64,000 nucleotides of DNA from Reclinomonas americana ATCC 50394 (GCA_048213135.1 PS015134.1:62001-126000); one strand, 5' to 3'. Shown: positions 42,104 to 54,900, counted from the stretch's first letter. Notes: a model not told the origin generated them from the sequence alone. Numbers and translations are program-made.

Positions 42104-45100
42104 CTATGCACTGCGGAACAGCTCGCGGAACTGCGGATACTGCTGCTCAATCGCATCAATCGTCTTCCGGATGTTCTCGAGCTTGGCATTCGGTACCTCC
42201 TTGGCCAGATCTGCACCCGCGCTGCTGAGCACCAAACACACGCACATCGCACGTTGAAAACAACCCAAACCTTCCAAGTCAAACACGACCACAGATGGCG
42301 AGTACTTGCTCTTGAGGTACACCAGTGCCGCATACACCTCGTCCTGGTGCTCCACGCTGTGCGCACTCAGGGAGTCAGAAACCAAGCACTCGCTCTCCTC
42401 CTTCTCCCCCCGAGCCACGCAACAACAAGCGATCCGACTGCACAATCTGCTTGTGCGCCGCCACCACATGCTCCAAGTTGACACCCTGCAGCCGACCGCA
42501 CCGATTGCAGTACACCTCCGCCCGCGTCAGGAAGCGATCGCTGTACTTGTCCTTGAACCACTGCGGCAGGAGCTTCTCGGGGATGGTTTTGCACACTTGC
42601 CGAATGGTTTCGGCGGTGATGCCGACGGCGTCGTGGATCACTGGCGGGAATGAGCCCAGGAGAGAGAGAGAGGAGGTAAAGGAGACGCAACAGCCGAGCT
42701 TTGGCTTGACTTCCTCGTCGATGCAATAGTCGACAACGAACATGATGCATGCGCCGGCGCGGGTGGGTGGCGTGTTTCTGCGGAGGCGGGAAGTGTGTGA
42801 GGTGAGAGGGGAGAGAGAGGGGAGAGCAGCGAGAGGGGGAGAGGGAAGAAGGGAAAGAGAGGGGGGGAGAGAGAGGGGGAGCAGTGAGAGGGGGGGCAGT
42901 GAGAGGGGGAGAGCGAGAGGGGGAGAGCGAGGGGAGAGCGAGTGGGGGGAGAGCGAGTGGGGTGAGAGCGAGAGGGGAGAGCGAGAGGGGGAGAGCGAGA
43001 GGGGNNNNNNNNNNNNNNNNNNNNNNNNNNNNNNNNNNNNNNNNNNNNNNNNNNNNNNNNNNNNNNNNNNNNNNNAGAGCGAGAGGGGGAGAGCGAGAGG
43101 GGGAGAGCGAGAGGGGGAGAGCGAGAGGGGAGAGCAAGAGGGGGAGAGCGACAGGGGGAGAGCGAGAGGGGGAGACGAGTGGGGGAGCAGCGAGTGAAGG
43201 AGAGCGAGAGGGGGGTGCGAGAGGGGGAGAGCGAGAGAGAGGAGGGAGCAGCGAGAGGAGAAAGCGAGAGAGGAAGCCACAAGAATAAGAATCGTCTCAT
43301 CCTACTCATCACTATCACTCCTCGTCAATCAACGCAACCCCAAAGCAATCGGCCGCTCGCTGTCACTGGCGTTGATGCGCTCAATCGACTTGAAGACCTC
43401 CTCCGCGGCGCGAATCAGGTATTGCGGCAAGCGCATCTTGGCACTGAAACGGGACTGCAATCCCCGAGTCGGCATATGACACCAAGAGACACAAGCTCCT
43501 TATTGCACGCACCACATAGGATTCCGTGGCCAGTGAATCCGCAATCTTCGCGGGTCCAGTCTCCACTGCCTCGGGGGCGCCCGGCACGTCGTCGTCCTTC
43601 ATCGCCGCTCGTACCTTCGTTAGCACTTGCGAGAAGTCGCGCTTCTCAATGTTGGACAGGGCGCACATTTCTGTGGCAGAAACGGGTATGGGGAAGTGGG
43701 CTTACTGATCCTGGTGCGGTCTCGTTCGTCTGCTGCTCAACCCCTCTTCTCGTCATCCCTGCTGTACATGTTCTCACTGTTGCTAATCATTATCTGCTTG
43801 CGTGTCTTCTTCGCCTTCTTCTGCATATGTTCTCCGCCCATTATCATCTTCTCGTAATTCCTCCTGTAAAGATTCTCCCTCTTGCTTAATCATCTTGTTC
43901 TTCGTCTTCTTCGCCTCTTCCTCCTGTGCATCTGCATGTCGTGCATGATTATCCTCTCAGTCTCTCACCTTCCTCCTGCATATGTTCACCTTATTGCTCA
44001 TCGTCATCATTCTCTTAGCCTTGCCCTTTTCTTCTCTTTCATGCTGTACATCATCACGTCTCAATCTCTCGCCTTCCTCACGCATATGTTCTCCGTATTG
44101 CTTATCTCCATTATATTCTTCGCCTTCTTCGCCCTTTTCTCTTCTCCGTCATCTTGTTCAACAATTTCTTCGCCTTCTTCTGAAGGTCCTCTTCTGGCTT
44201 ATCACCACCCCTTCTGCACCATCGTCGCCCTTCTTCTTCATATACTTCCCACCTTTTTCGCCCTCTTCTCCTTTCTGTATACTGTCATCTTGTTCATCAT
44301 CACCCCGTTCATATTCCTTCTCGTATTCTTCTTTCTCTTCCCTTTCTTCCCTCTTCTTCCCCCACACACGCACCCTTGATCGACCGCGTGACATTGTGCT
44401 TCCTGCACGCCAACATCAGCAGCGTGGACACAATCGGCTTCAGCTGTCGCCTCTTGGCCTTGTCGGGCATGTTGAGGTTGATGAACTTGTCCAGCGCCTC
44501 TGCCTGCATGCACAGATGAGGACACGAGCACCGTCAGACACACAAGAATATGGCTTTATCTACGCACGACTGCACTCAAAACAACTCATTCAGGCATACA
44601 CACATGCGAAGATACACCACAGAAATATACAGACGCCAATATCCACACACATTGTGCTCTCCAAACGGAACGCAAATAGAGCGCACACCCAATCAGAGCC
44701 ATGCGCACAGCTCACAACCTCTCCATTAATCTACTCTTCGACTCAAACAGACTCTTTCTCTTCATCCCCATGCCCCTCCACGAACCCGCACTGCATGGCA
44801 ATGGAAAAGTCAGCAAGCACATCCTCTCAAACAGGGACGACTTCTGCGTGCGCACCTTGCTGAGAAAACGATCCACGCTCCGCCACCGCATTGATCTCCG
44901 ACTCGGCATCCATGCGCAGCTTGTCCAGTTTGTTTCTCTGCGACGCATGATGAGCAAAAAGCCTTTTCCTCCTCTCCCTCTTGTGAAACCCACCGTATTC
45001 TTCATCTGCGCACGCGCGAGCGCCGTCTTTGGCCCTCCCGTGATGCCGGTCGACAGGTCCTCCGGGTGCAACGAGTCGGTGGCCGCCTGTGCACAAGAGA

Positions 45101-45397
45101 TGTGAGGCAGAATGCAGGAATCGACAGGGGAGCGGAATGGCACGCAACTCCCACACGACTCCTGTCTTCCTCCTCGTCAAAATTGCGCCACTCTGGCCGC
45201 TCGTCAATCAGCGTGAAGGGTTGCACGGTGCCGCAGCGAAGGCACACGCTGTCGCCGTCCGATGCGCCTGCATGGTGAGGAGGAAGAAGGGAGAGAAGCG
45301 AGTGAGTCGAGTTGTCGGAGGGAGCGTTCTACACGCTCACACTCTGTACGTATGCGTCAGTGCAGCTGTCACCAAGGCATCGTGTATAGGACTCTCA

Positions 45398-45432
<35 letters not shown>

Positions 45433-46271
45433 ATGGTGGGGAAGGGAGGCGAGACACCGCTAGTGAAGTGTGCAGCGAGTGAGAGTGAGCGAGACAAGTG
45501 CAGGTCGCCTGGATGTGCATCTTGGATTGTATTCGAGGGAGGGAGAGAAGGATTGAGAAGAGAGGAAAGGCAACTTCAGTGACGTGTGCATCGAGTAAGT
45601 GTGAGCGAGACAAGTGAAGGTCACCAGGATGTGCATGTGGGATTGAACTCATGAAAGGATGGGAGGGAAGGAACGAAGGAAGAGAGCGAGAGAGAGAGAG
45701 AGAGGAACGGAGTACGCACAGCCAGCACTTGTCTCACTCGCACACACTCGATGCAAACGTCACTCGAGGTGTCTCACCTCTCTCCATCATTCTCTCTCTC
45801 TCTCTCCCTTTCCCTTTCTCTCCCTCTCCCTTTCTCCCTGCTGTCGCCGCCCATCGCAATTGCAAGCCAAGTTGCATGCATCGTGGTGAATTGCATCAAA
45901 CTCTCTCAATCACTTGTCTTGCTTCACTCTGCGCACACGTCACTGGCGGTGTCTGGACTCCCTTCCCACCCATTCTCTCTCTCTCTCTCTCTCTCTGCTC
46001 TTGTGAGTCCAACCAAGGATGCACATCCTGGAGCCTGCACTTGTCTCACTCACACTTACTCGCTGCATGTCACTGAAGGTGTCTCGCTCCCTCCTTTTCT
46101 CTCTTTCTCTCTCCCTCTCTCCCCCCCTTTCTCCCAGCTGTCGCCGCCCGCGCAATTGCGAGCAAAGTAGCATGCATCGTGTGACTTGCATTCACTCGCA
46201 CACTCACTCTCAATCACTGTCTTGCTCTCTCTGTGCACACTGCACTGGCGGTGCCTCACCTCCCTTCTCCA

Positions 46272-46308
<37 letters not shown>

Positions 46309-46411
46309 CGAGTCCAATCCAAGATGCACATCGTGTTGACCTGCACTTGTCTCACACATGCACTTTATGCACATTTCACCGCAGGTATCTCACCTCCCTT
46401 CTCCACAGTCA

Positions 46412-46496
<85 letters not shown>

Positions 46497-47524
46497 NNNN
46501 NNNNNNNNNNNNNNNNNNNNNNNNNNNNNNNNNNNNNNNNNNNNNNNNNNNNNNNNNNNNNNNNNNNNNNNNNNNNNNNNNNNNNNNNNNNNNNNNNNNN
46601 NNNNNNNNNNNNNNNNNNNNNNNNNNNNNNNNNNNNNNNNNNNNNNNNNNNNNNNNNNNNNNNNNNNNNNNNNNNNNNNNNNNNNNNNNNNNNNNNNNNN
46701 NNNNNNNNNNNNNNNNNNNNNNNNNNNNNNNNNNNNNNNNNNNNNNNNNNNNNNNNNNNNNNNNNNNNNNNNNNNNNNNNNNNNNNNNNNNNNNNNNNNN
46801 NNNNNNNNNNNNNNNNNNNNNNNNNNNNNNNNNNNNNNNNNNNNNNNNNNNNNNNNNNNNNNNNNNNNNNNNNNNNNNNNNNNNNNNNNNNNNNNNNNNN
46901 NNNNNNNNNNNNNNNNNNNNNNNNNNNNNNNNNNNNNNNNNNNNNNNNNNNNNNNNNNNNNNNNNNNNNNNNNNNNNNNNNNNNNNNNNNNNNNNNNNNN
47001 NNNNNNNNNNNNNNNNNNNNNNNNNNNNNNNNNNNNNNNNNNNNNNNNNNNNNNNNNNNNNNNNNNNNNNNNNNTGTGTGTGTGTGTGTGTGTGTGTCTC
47101 CCTCTCTCTCTTGTGAGTCCAATCCAAGATGCACATCCTGATGACTGCACTTGTCTCACACGCACACACTATATGCACACGTCACAGAGGTATCTCACCT
47201 CCCTTCTCCACAGCCCCTCCCTACGTCTCTCTCTCTCAGTCTCTCAGACTCTCTCTCTCTCTCTATGCACACGTCACTGCAGACGTCTCGCCTTCCTTCT
47301 CTCTCCCTTCCCCCTTTACCCCTTTACCCCTTCCCCCTTTGCCTTCCCCCCTTTTGCCTCGTTCCGCAACGTTCATCAAACTCCGTGTACCCACACAACG
47401 TACACCTCTCCTCCCTCAACAACTCCAACTCATGATCCACACCCGCCGTCGCCGCAGCACCCGCCCGTGCAGGCGCCCTCATCGCCGGAGGACCCATTGA
47501 CGACGAAGAAGAAGAAGAGGCCAT
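42104..47524 (-). CDS. TFIIB-family factor with a C-terminal extension
   Basis: Zn ribbon CTLC..|..DGDSVCLRCG split by a 2.1-kb intron. B-reader EWRNFDEEEDRSRVG. Cyclin repeat 1: IVSTLLMLACRKHNVTRSIKEM. Repeat 2: SRFSAKMRLP..ACIMFV..AVGITAETIRQVCK. About 100 further residues follow. Confidence 0.85.
45440..47290. repeat. Direct plus inverted repeat array inside the long TFIIB-like intron
   Basis: gagacaagtgcaggtcgcctggatgtgcatcttggattg (about 45490) is the near reverse complement of ccaatccaagatgcacatc..ctgcacttgtctc at about 46010, 46315 and 47120. Confidence 0.75.
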
Positions 47525-48163
47525 TCTCAGCTCTCAGTCACTTCTGTTGCAATCAAACGCGAATGGGACACTGTTAGTTTGACGTCACACTCTCTCTCCC
47601 CAGCAAACACCTATAGTCACCTGTTCCCCTTTGTGCACGTGCTGCATTTGCAGCTTGCATTTCTTGCGCAAGAGCGCCGTCCGATATCGATATCCTCGAC
47701 GTTCGACGTCGAGTCATGATCAGCGCGCTCAATAAAGCATCGCCCAGTTGCATTAACAACAAACAAAAGACTTCATTCACCACATGCGACAATTGTCCAC
47801 AAACCCCTTGCTGGCAATGACCTGGGCACACCAACAAAACAAAACACTTCTTTCAGTCCAAAAATCCCTTGCTATTGCCGCGCCAACGATGACCAAGGCA
47901 CCAACTACCATAGTCTTCTCCAAACAGTCATCTTCCCTTAAGCTTTCAGGAGGCACAAGCAATCGCGTGCTGGCTGGTGTGGTCCAGGACTTCGAATCAT
48001 GGCGCAAAAGTGATCATGATTCAGCATTCATAAAAACAAATAACACACAACCTCTTCTCCAACAGCCATCTTTCCTTTCAGGAGGCATATGCATGTAAAA
48101 GCTTTGCACAACCAGCCCATTCTTCTCTCTTGTCCTTCTCCTGCACTTCCCCCTTCCTTTCGG

Positions 48164-49783
48164 ATGTCCAACAACGACCCCCCTCTCCCCCCCTCCCTCC
48201 TCTCCCCGCTCCTCCACGCCACCTCCACCTACGACGCCCACGACTACGCCCTCGCCGCCACCCTCCTCTCCTCCTGCATCACCGCCCTCCGCGAGGCCGG
48301 CCACGGCGACCACGAGCACACCCTCCGCGCCTCACACACGCACGGCCTCGCCCTCCTCTCCACTGGCGACTATGCACAGGCAATCACCGTGCTGCAAGAG
48401 ACACTGGAGAGGCGGCATCGCATCGACGGAGCGGATCATCGCGCCTCACTGCTGGTGGCCGGCGACTTGGGAAGTGCACTGTACACATGCGGTGGTCGTG
48501 TGCTGGAGGCAGTTGCGGTGCTGCGGGACACAGTGGAGCGACAGCAGCGCGTGTTCTCGGTGCACGTGGAGGACGAGGAGGCGCAGGCACTGAATACATT
48601 GCATGACTTGGCGCTGGCGGTGGAGGCGAGCGGGGATCGCGTGGCGGCGATTGCCATCAATCGGGATGTGCTACGGCGGCGTGCGCAGCTGTTGGGCGAC
48701 GATCACCCGCTGACCATGGTCACGGCGCATAACTTGGGCGTGAGCTTGTCGCGCGAGGGAGGCGAGTGGAGGGAGGAGGCGTTGCGCGTGTTGCAGGAGA
48801 CCATGACGCGTCGGCTGGGCGTGCTGGGTGCGGACCACCAGCACACGCTATTGACGGCGGCCGAGGTCGGCACGGCGTTGCTGGAGCAGGGGCAGCACGC
48901 CGACGCTGTAAACGTGCTGCGTGTGGTCTACGAGCGGCAACTCGCGCTGTTGCCGCCGTACTGTCGCGATGTGCTCGTCACGCATCGCTCGCTGGCCGAG
49001 GCGCTGACGGCCGTGGTCAATGTCGACGATCCGGTCACGAGTGGCGAGGCGGTGCGGGTGAGTCGTGAGCTGGTGCATCGTGAGCATCGTTCGGTCGGCC
49101 CCGATCACGTGCAGGCGCTGATCAGTGCGCACAATTGCGCGGTGCTGCTGATGCCCTTCCCCGAGCACGCCCCAGAGGCACTGCTGCTGTTCGAGGACAC
49201 GCTGGAGCGGCGGAGGAGGGTGCTGGGCGTCGACGACCGCTGCACCCTCAGCACGGCCACGCACTTTTGCATCCTATTACGCGGGTTGCCGGAGCGGCAT
49301 GCGGAGGCCGTGGAGTTGCTGCGCGACACCGTGCAGCGACAGCAGAGGGTACTGCCGGAGAACGACACCGACACGCAGCGCACCACCAATTTCCTCTGCC
49401 TCGCCCTCAACGAGGCGGGTCGGCACGAGGAGGCCGCCGTGCTGTGTCGGGACTTGCTGGCGTGCCGGCGGCAGGTGCTGGGCGACGACCACGTGGACAC
49501 GCTCACCAGCGCCTTTAATCTGGCACTCTTTCTGCGCGGAACCGCCGAGGCCGTGCAAATGCTCGAGGACACGCTGGAGAGATCGCGGCGCGTGTTTGGC
49601 GAGAATCACTGGCTGACGGCGAGTGTGGTGCGGCAATTGGAGGGGGTGGCGGTGGTGGGAGAAGGAGGAGGAGTAAGAGGAGAAGAAGGAGAAGAGGGGG
49701 TTGAGGAAGGAGGAGGTCCGGAGGGGGAGGAGGGGGGAGAGAGGATGGAGGAGGGGGTAGAGAACGCGGGCGTGGATGTATGA
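48164..49783 (+). CDS. Intronless stand-alone TPR protein (KLC/NB-ARC-TPR-type repeats) with an acidic tail
   Basis: About 11 repeats of the type RRVLGxDHxxTLxxAxNLA (e.g. RAQLLGDDHPLTMVTAHNLG, RRQVLGDDHVDTLTSAFNLA). No NTPase motif in the ORF. Confidence 0.88.
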   Translation: MSNNDPPLPPSLLSPLLHATSTYDAHDYALAATLLSSCITALREAGHGDHEHTLRASHTHGLALLSTGDYAQAITVLQETLERRHRIDGADHRASLLVAGDLGSALYTCGGRVLEAVAVLRDTVERQQRVFSVHVEDEEAQALNTLHDLALAVEASGDRVAAIAINRDVLRRRAQLLGDDHPLTMVTAHNLGVSLSREGGEWREEALRVLQETMTRRLGVLGADHQHTLLTAAEVGTALLEQGQHADAVNVLRVVYERQLALLPPYCRDVLVTHRSLAEALTAVVNVDDPVTSGEAVRVSRELVHREHRSVGPDHVQALISAHNCAVLLMPFPEHAPEALLLFEDTLERRRRVLGVDDRCTLSTATHFCILLRGLPERHAEAVELLRDTVQRQQRVLPENDTDTQRTTNFLCLALNEAGRHEEAAVLCRDLLACRRQVLGDDHVDTLTSAFNLALFLRGTAEAVQMLEDTLERSRRVFGENHWLTASVVRQLEGVAVVGEGGGVRGEEGEEGVEEGGGPEGEEGGERMEEGVENAGVDV

Positions 49784-49839
49784 ATGGAGTAATGTTTTGT
49801 TGAAAGCGTGTGGAGGTGTGCCGTGCAGTTTTTCTGATC

Positions 49840-50420
49840 ATGGGCAGTGTTCTTGAGTCCTGTGCTCCCTTCCACCTTTCCGCTTCTCATCCCTCACCCT
49901 CTTGTACGCCAAATCACTATCTTCTTCCTCCCTCACGTCTACCTTCTCGAGGAGGGGGAGATAATGTGGCTGTGATTGGTGATGTTTATTTCGTCACTCC
50001 GAGCAGTGTTCTTGAGTCCTGTGCTCCCTACCTCCTTTTTGCTTCTCATTCCTCACCCTCTTGTACGCCAAGTCACTATCTTCTTCCTCCCTCACGTCTA
50101 CCTTCTCGAGGAGGGGGAGATAATGTGGGTGCGGATGCAAATGGAGCGATATTTTGTGGAGGTCGTGGTGTTGCACGCAGTTTCTTGGATCTGATCGCTT
50201 CGCTGAGCTGTGTTCTTGAGTCCTGTACTTGCTTCCTCCTTTTTGCTTCTCGTCCCTCACTCTCTTTGTGCGCCAAACCAGTGTCTCATCCACCCTCGCT
50301 GTTTTCTTCTCGAGCGGGGAGATAATGCATCCGTGGACGTGAATGGTGGTGTTTGTTTCGTCGCTCCGGCTCCTCTTCTCATTCCTCGCCCTCTTGTACG
50401 CCAAAGCACTCTTCCCTCTC
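49840..50420. repeat. Intergenic tandem repeat, unit about 160-190 bp, 3-4 diverged copies
   Basis: Recurrent gtgttcttgagtcctgtgctccc..cttgtacgccaa..ttctcgaggagggggagataatgtgg. Confidence 0.8.
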
Positions 50421-50997
50421 CTCACTGTCCGTCCCTGACTTCCTGTCTGTCTCCTGCAATCTCTTCCATCGCTCAGCGAGCAGAGCATGGCTCTTTCCTT
50501 CTCGCGCTGGCAGTACAGTCCTCGGGCATCACGATCCTTGAAAGTTAAGCGATGCCTTGACTTGCTCCTAAGGTCGGTACTGGTGATTGTCTGCGTAAGG
50601 CGGGACTTGCACGTCGAATGCTGCACAAGGAGCAACGCATGAGAGGGACGTTGACAGAGACAACTGGAGCGCAGGCTTCGGAATGGCGGCCTCCAACAGG
50701 TGCTTCGACATGCGCTTCCACCCCAGCAAACAGTGGCCGCTATTCAAAGAGATGCATGGCCCACCCCAATGCACTCCGCCGGTCATACCCAGCTGCCGCA
50801 CTGTGGGCTCTGCTCTTCCTGGCCACCTCCAATCGGTTTAAAGTTTCACTTGACCATGGGCGTGGGCACTTGACCCTTGGCAGAGCTCCTGGGGCTAAAG
50901 CTCGTCAAAAGCCCTTCAAGTACTGTACTGGAAACGTCGCAATCCACTCTGTCCCACTTCCTCGTTCTCCGACCGGACTTGTCTCCACCAACAAAGC

Positions 50998-51852
50998 ATG
51001 CACATCCTCGCCTCTCGCGTCCCCACTCGCCTCCTCCACTCACCTCTCTCCTCCTCTTCCTCCTCTTCCTCCTCTTCCATTCCCTGGCTGATCGCTTTTG
51101 ATCTGGAGGGCCCACTGTTGACAACTTCCGATGCTGCTTCCTCTCACAAGCCGCCCTCCTTCTCACTATCGCTGTCGCCCACTGACTATCGCACGGTTGC
51201 GTTGATGTGAAAGAGAGTGCGAAGAGAGTGAGTTGCTGATCGCTTGTCATTGCAGTTGTCTCCGACATCGATCGATGTGTGGATTCGGTGAGAAGCGATC
51301 GCCCGTCCTGCTCTTCTGCACATCCCCTGACGAGTGCGTTCTCTCTCTGTATGAGTCACAGTCATGGTCTGCGTGAGTGGTTGCACGGGAGTTGGGCGTC
51401 GACTGTGAACGCTCGTTTCGCCGTGCTCTGTGCATCGCCCGACGGTACGCTGTGATGTCAATCGCACGCAGCGCCAGTGCTGTCAGTCTCACTGACGTAT
51501 GGCAGAGTTTTGTCGGCGAGTGGTCGCCGAGTTGGATCCGCACCAGCGACTCTTTGACAAGGTCCTCTGCCGCGATTCATGCAGGTCAGTTGTTGTCGTT
51601 CCGCACCCTCTGATGCGTATCGCCCATCGAGTGCAGATTGGAAGGACTGCAGCGCGTTCGCGATCTAATGGCCCTCCAGCACCCACTCGATCGCGTCGTG
51701 TACGTCACCGCCGATCCACTGGCGTGCCCGGCAGAGCAGCGATCGCGCATGCTGCTGGTGCCACCCATGTCGGGCAACGCCGACGACGATGCGCAGGCGT
51801 TGCGCGAGCTCAGCAGTCGCTTGCATCATCGTCTTGCGCAAGAGGAGCAATG
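50998..51852 (+). CDS. NIF/FCP1-SCP family phosphatase-like protein with degenerate catalytic motif
   Basis: Exons WLIAFDLEGPLLTT | IDVWIR|HGLREWL | FCRRVVAELDPHQRLFDKVLCRDSC | QRVRDLMALQHPLDRVVYVTADP..LLVPPMSGNADDDAQALREL follow the NIF domain pattern. The 5' end may extend upstream. Confidence 0.7.
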
Positions 51853-51906
51853 AAAACGCGACGACATCCGAGGGATTTCAGAGAAAGAGAAACAAGTCAG
51901 CATTTT

Positions 51907-54900
51907 TCACTGCGCAGCAGCAGCAGCAGTTGCTGGAGGTGGTGCTTGAGGTGTTGCCGTTTTCGCCGCCTGTCCGCCAGCAGGTGAGGCGGTGGCCGGT
52001 CTCCTGCCGGCTGCAGAGGGCGGCGGACTGCGTTGGCGTGTCGGCGAGGCGGCGGAGCGTGGCGGTGACTTGTTCTTGGCCGCGTAGTCGCGGTAGTACT
52101 GCTGCAGCGAGTCGGACGACTCGTCGGCTGTCTCGTCGCCCTCCTTTTGTGCACATATCGAGTCAGGGACATGCATGCATGAAGACGTACAGGGGACGGA
52201 AGCGCAACTTTGTGCAGCCGCGGTCGAAAATCGAGCTTTGGTTGCCACTTTTCGCGCATCTTCTCCAACTCGGCTTGCCGCTTGGTCAGATCGGCGGCGG
52301 CTAGTCGCTCAAAAACGCCGCTGGCGGGTTCTGGGGAGCGGGGGAAGGAAGGGTGAGGGAAAGGGGGTGAACGGGAAAGGGTGAACGGGAAAGGGGGAAA
52401 GGGGAAGGGGAGTAAGGGAGTTGTGCACTCTTTTCTGCGTGTCTCTCTCTCTTCTTCTCGTTAATCCCACAAGATCGATTGCGGCAGTATCACCATGTGA
52501 GAGTGAAGTGGCGCTCATCTTATCTCTCTATCTCAAGGTGACTTCTTCCTGCTCTTCTCGTCTCGCTCACTCAATCTCTCTTGCCATAGTGTCAAGATGC
52601 AGACGCACAAATGTGAGAGTAAGAAGGAGCTCGCTCCAGTCCACAATCAACAAATCTTTCTTCGCTGACTAACGCACTCAGTCGCGTGCTCCCAAAGCCT
52701 CTCTCTCTCTCTGTATGTCTCTCACGCACTCTCCAGTCCACAATCAACAAATCTCTCTTCGCTCGTCACTGATTAACGCACTCAGTCGCGTGCTCTCAGT
52801 CTCTCTCTCTCTGTATGTCTCTCACGTACTCTTTCTCTACTTTTGTGCCAACCTCCCGCCAATAGCACAGGGACCAGCAAAATACTCTTCTCCTTCTCAC
52901 ATGTTATTTCTCCTGTCGAATCTGTGCGTCTTGCCACTCAGCCACATGCACAGCAGAACGAGGTTAAAGCAACACATCTCGCGCGCCCGTGACTCGCTCT
53001 CTCTCTCTCTCTCTCTCTCTTTTCCTTTTTACACTCTCTTCCCGCCAGACTGACGGTAAGGTAAGAGTGCAGAAACTGATCTCTCTTCGACCGTCACTCA
53101 CGCGCGCTCTCTCTCTTTCCTGTTTTCGCGGATGCACGATACAACGAGAACGCAACAAAAGCTCTCACTTCTCACGCTCTCTCTGTCTCTCTTTCCCTTA
53201 AATGCTTCTTTCCACCCCGCCAGAGGTACGGAAACATGTGGATACTCTGTCTCTCTCTCTCGCATNNNNNNNNNNNNNNNNNNNNNNNNNNNNNNNNNNN
53301 NNNNNNNNNNNNNNNNNNNNNNNNNNNNNNNNNNNNNNNNNNNNNNNNNNNNNNNNNNNNNNNNNNNNNNNNNNNNNNNNNNNNNNNNNNNNNNNNNNNN
53401 NNNNNNNNNNNNNNNNNNNNNNNNNNNNNNNNNNNNNNNNNNNNNNNNNNNNNNNNNNNNNNNNNNNNNNNNNNNNNNNNNNNNNNNNNNNNNNNNNNNN
53501 NNNNNNNNNNNNNNNNNNNNNNNNNNNNNNNNNNNNNNNNNNNNNNNNNNNNNNNNNNNNNNNNNNNNNNNNNNNNNNNNNNNNNNNCCCGCGTCGCGCA
53601 GGCGCATCGGCATTCGACCATCGTCGCACTCGGGTCACCGCATGCGCGGTCCGGCGGCCGCCGGCAAGCACGACGCATGGGGTCGCCTGCACGAGAGCCT
53701 GACGGAGAACTCCAAGAACCGCTCGAGGCAGAGTGCGGAGATTCGGCGTGCGTCGTCGCCGGTGCCCATGGCGTCGCTGGATGTCACCACACCGGACAGC
53801 AAGAAGGGGAAGCGAGCGCAGTCGGCGTCGGCTACCAAGAGGAAGGCGCATGGTGAGAAAGAGAGGAGAAGGGGGATTAAAGGGGAAGGGGGAGAAGGGG
53901 GGGAGACAGGGAAGGGAGAGGGGGGAAGGGGGGAGGGGGAAGGGAGAAGAAACGAGAGGGGACGAAGAGAGAGATTTTCTGCTGCTTTATCTCCGTGCTT
54001 CTGGCAGGGAGGACGGGGCAGGAAGGGGAGAGAAAAGGAGTGTNNNNNNNNNNNNNNNNNNNNNNNNNNNNNNNNNNNNNNNNNNNNNNNNNNNNNNNNN
54101 NNNNNNNNNNNNNNNNNNNNNNNNNNNNNNNNNNNNNNNNNNNNNNNNNNNNNNNNNNNNNNNNNNNNNNNNNNNNNNNNNNNNNNNNNNNNNNNNNNNN
54201 NNNNNNNNNNNNNNCGTGAGATATCAAAAAAAGGGCGTGCGACATGCGGTGGACGACGCAACTGATCGTACTCGCGCCGCAGCTTGGCCTCCTTGACGCG
54301 ATCAATCGCCTCGCTCATGCACTCCAACTTGTGCAACGCATCCTCCCACTTGTTCGTCGGCGTCACCACCACACCGCGCACATTAATCTGACTCGCCGAC
54401 ACATTAAAGGGAAAGTACAGCGGAGTGTCGGGGTTCAGTCGCGCCAATCGCTTCTGCTTCTTCTTGACCGAGGCCGGCGGCTGCACGGGGTCCGAGTCGA
54501 GAACTTCTTGCACGAGGCTCGGTCCGCGGCGGGTGGTGCCGGAGGAGGAGGCCTTTTTCTGTGGCAGGGAAAGGGGGAAGAAAGAGAGAAGGGGTGGTGA
54601 GCGAGGGCGAAAGAGAATGAGGAGGGAGGAAGCAAAAGAGATGAAGAGTGGGTGTTGAATAGCCAGCGAGTGATGGAGAAAGAACAAATGAACGCAGTAT
54701 CGAGAACAGACGGCCAGGTAGAGTGAAAGATAAGAGGACACGGTGAGTAGCCAGGAAGCTGAGGCAGCAAAGGAGGACAGCAAACGAAGCAGAAACTGAA
54801 GCGAAAAAGGCAGCATGGAGCAGCGGGCACAAGCAACTGGAGAAGAACAACGAGAGGGACGGAAACCCCACAGCGCTCGGCGAGCAGCAAAGATCGAATG

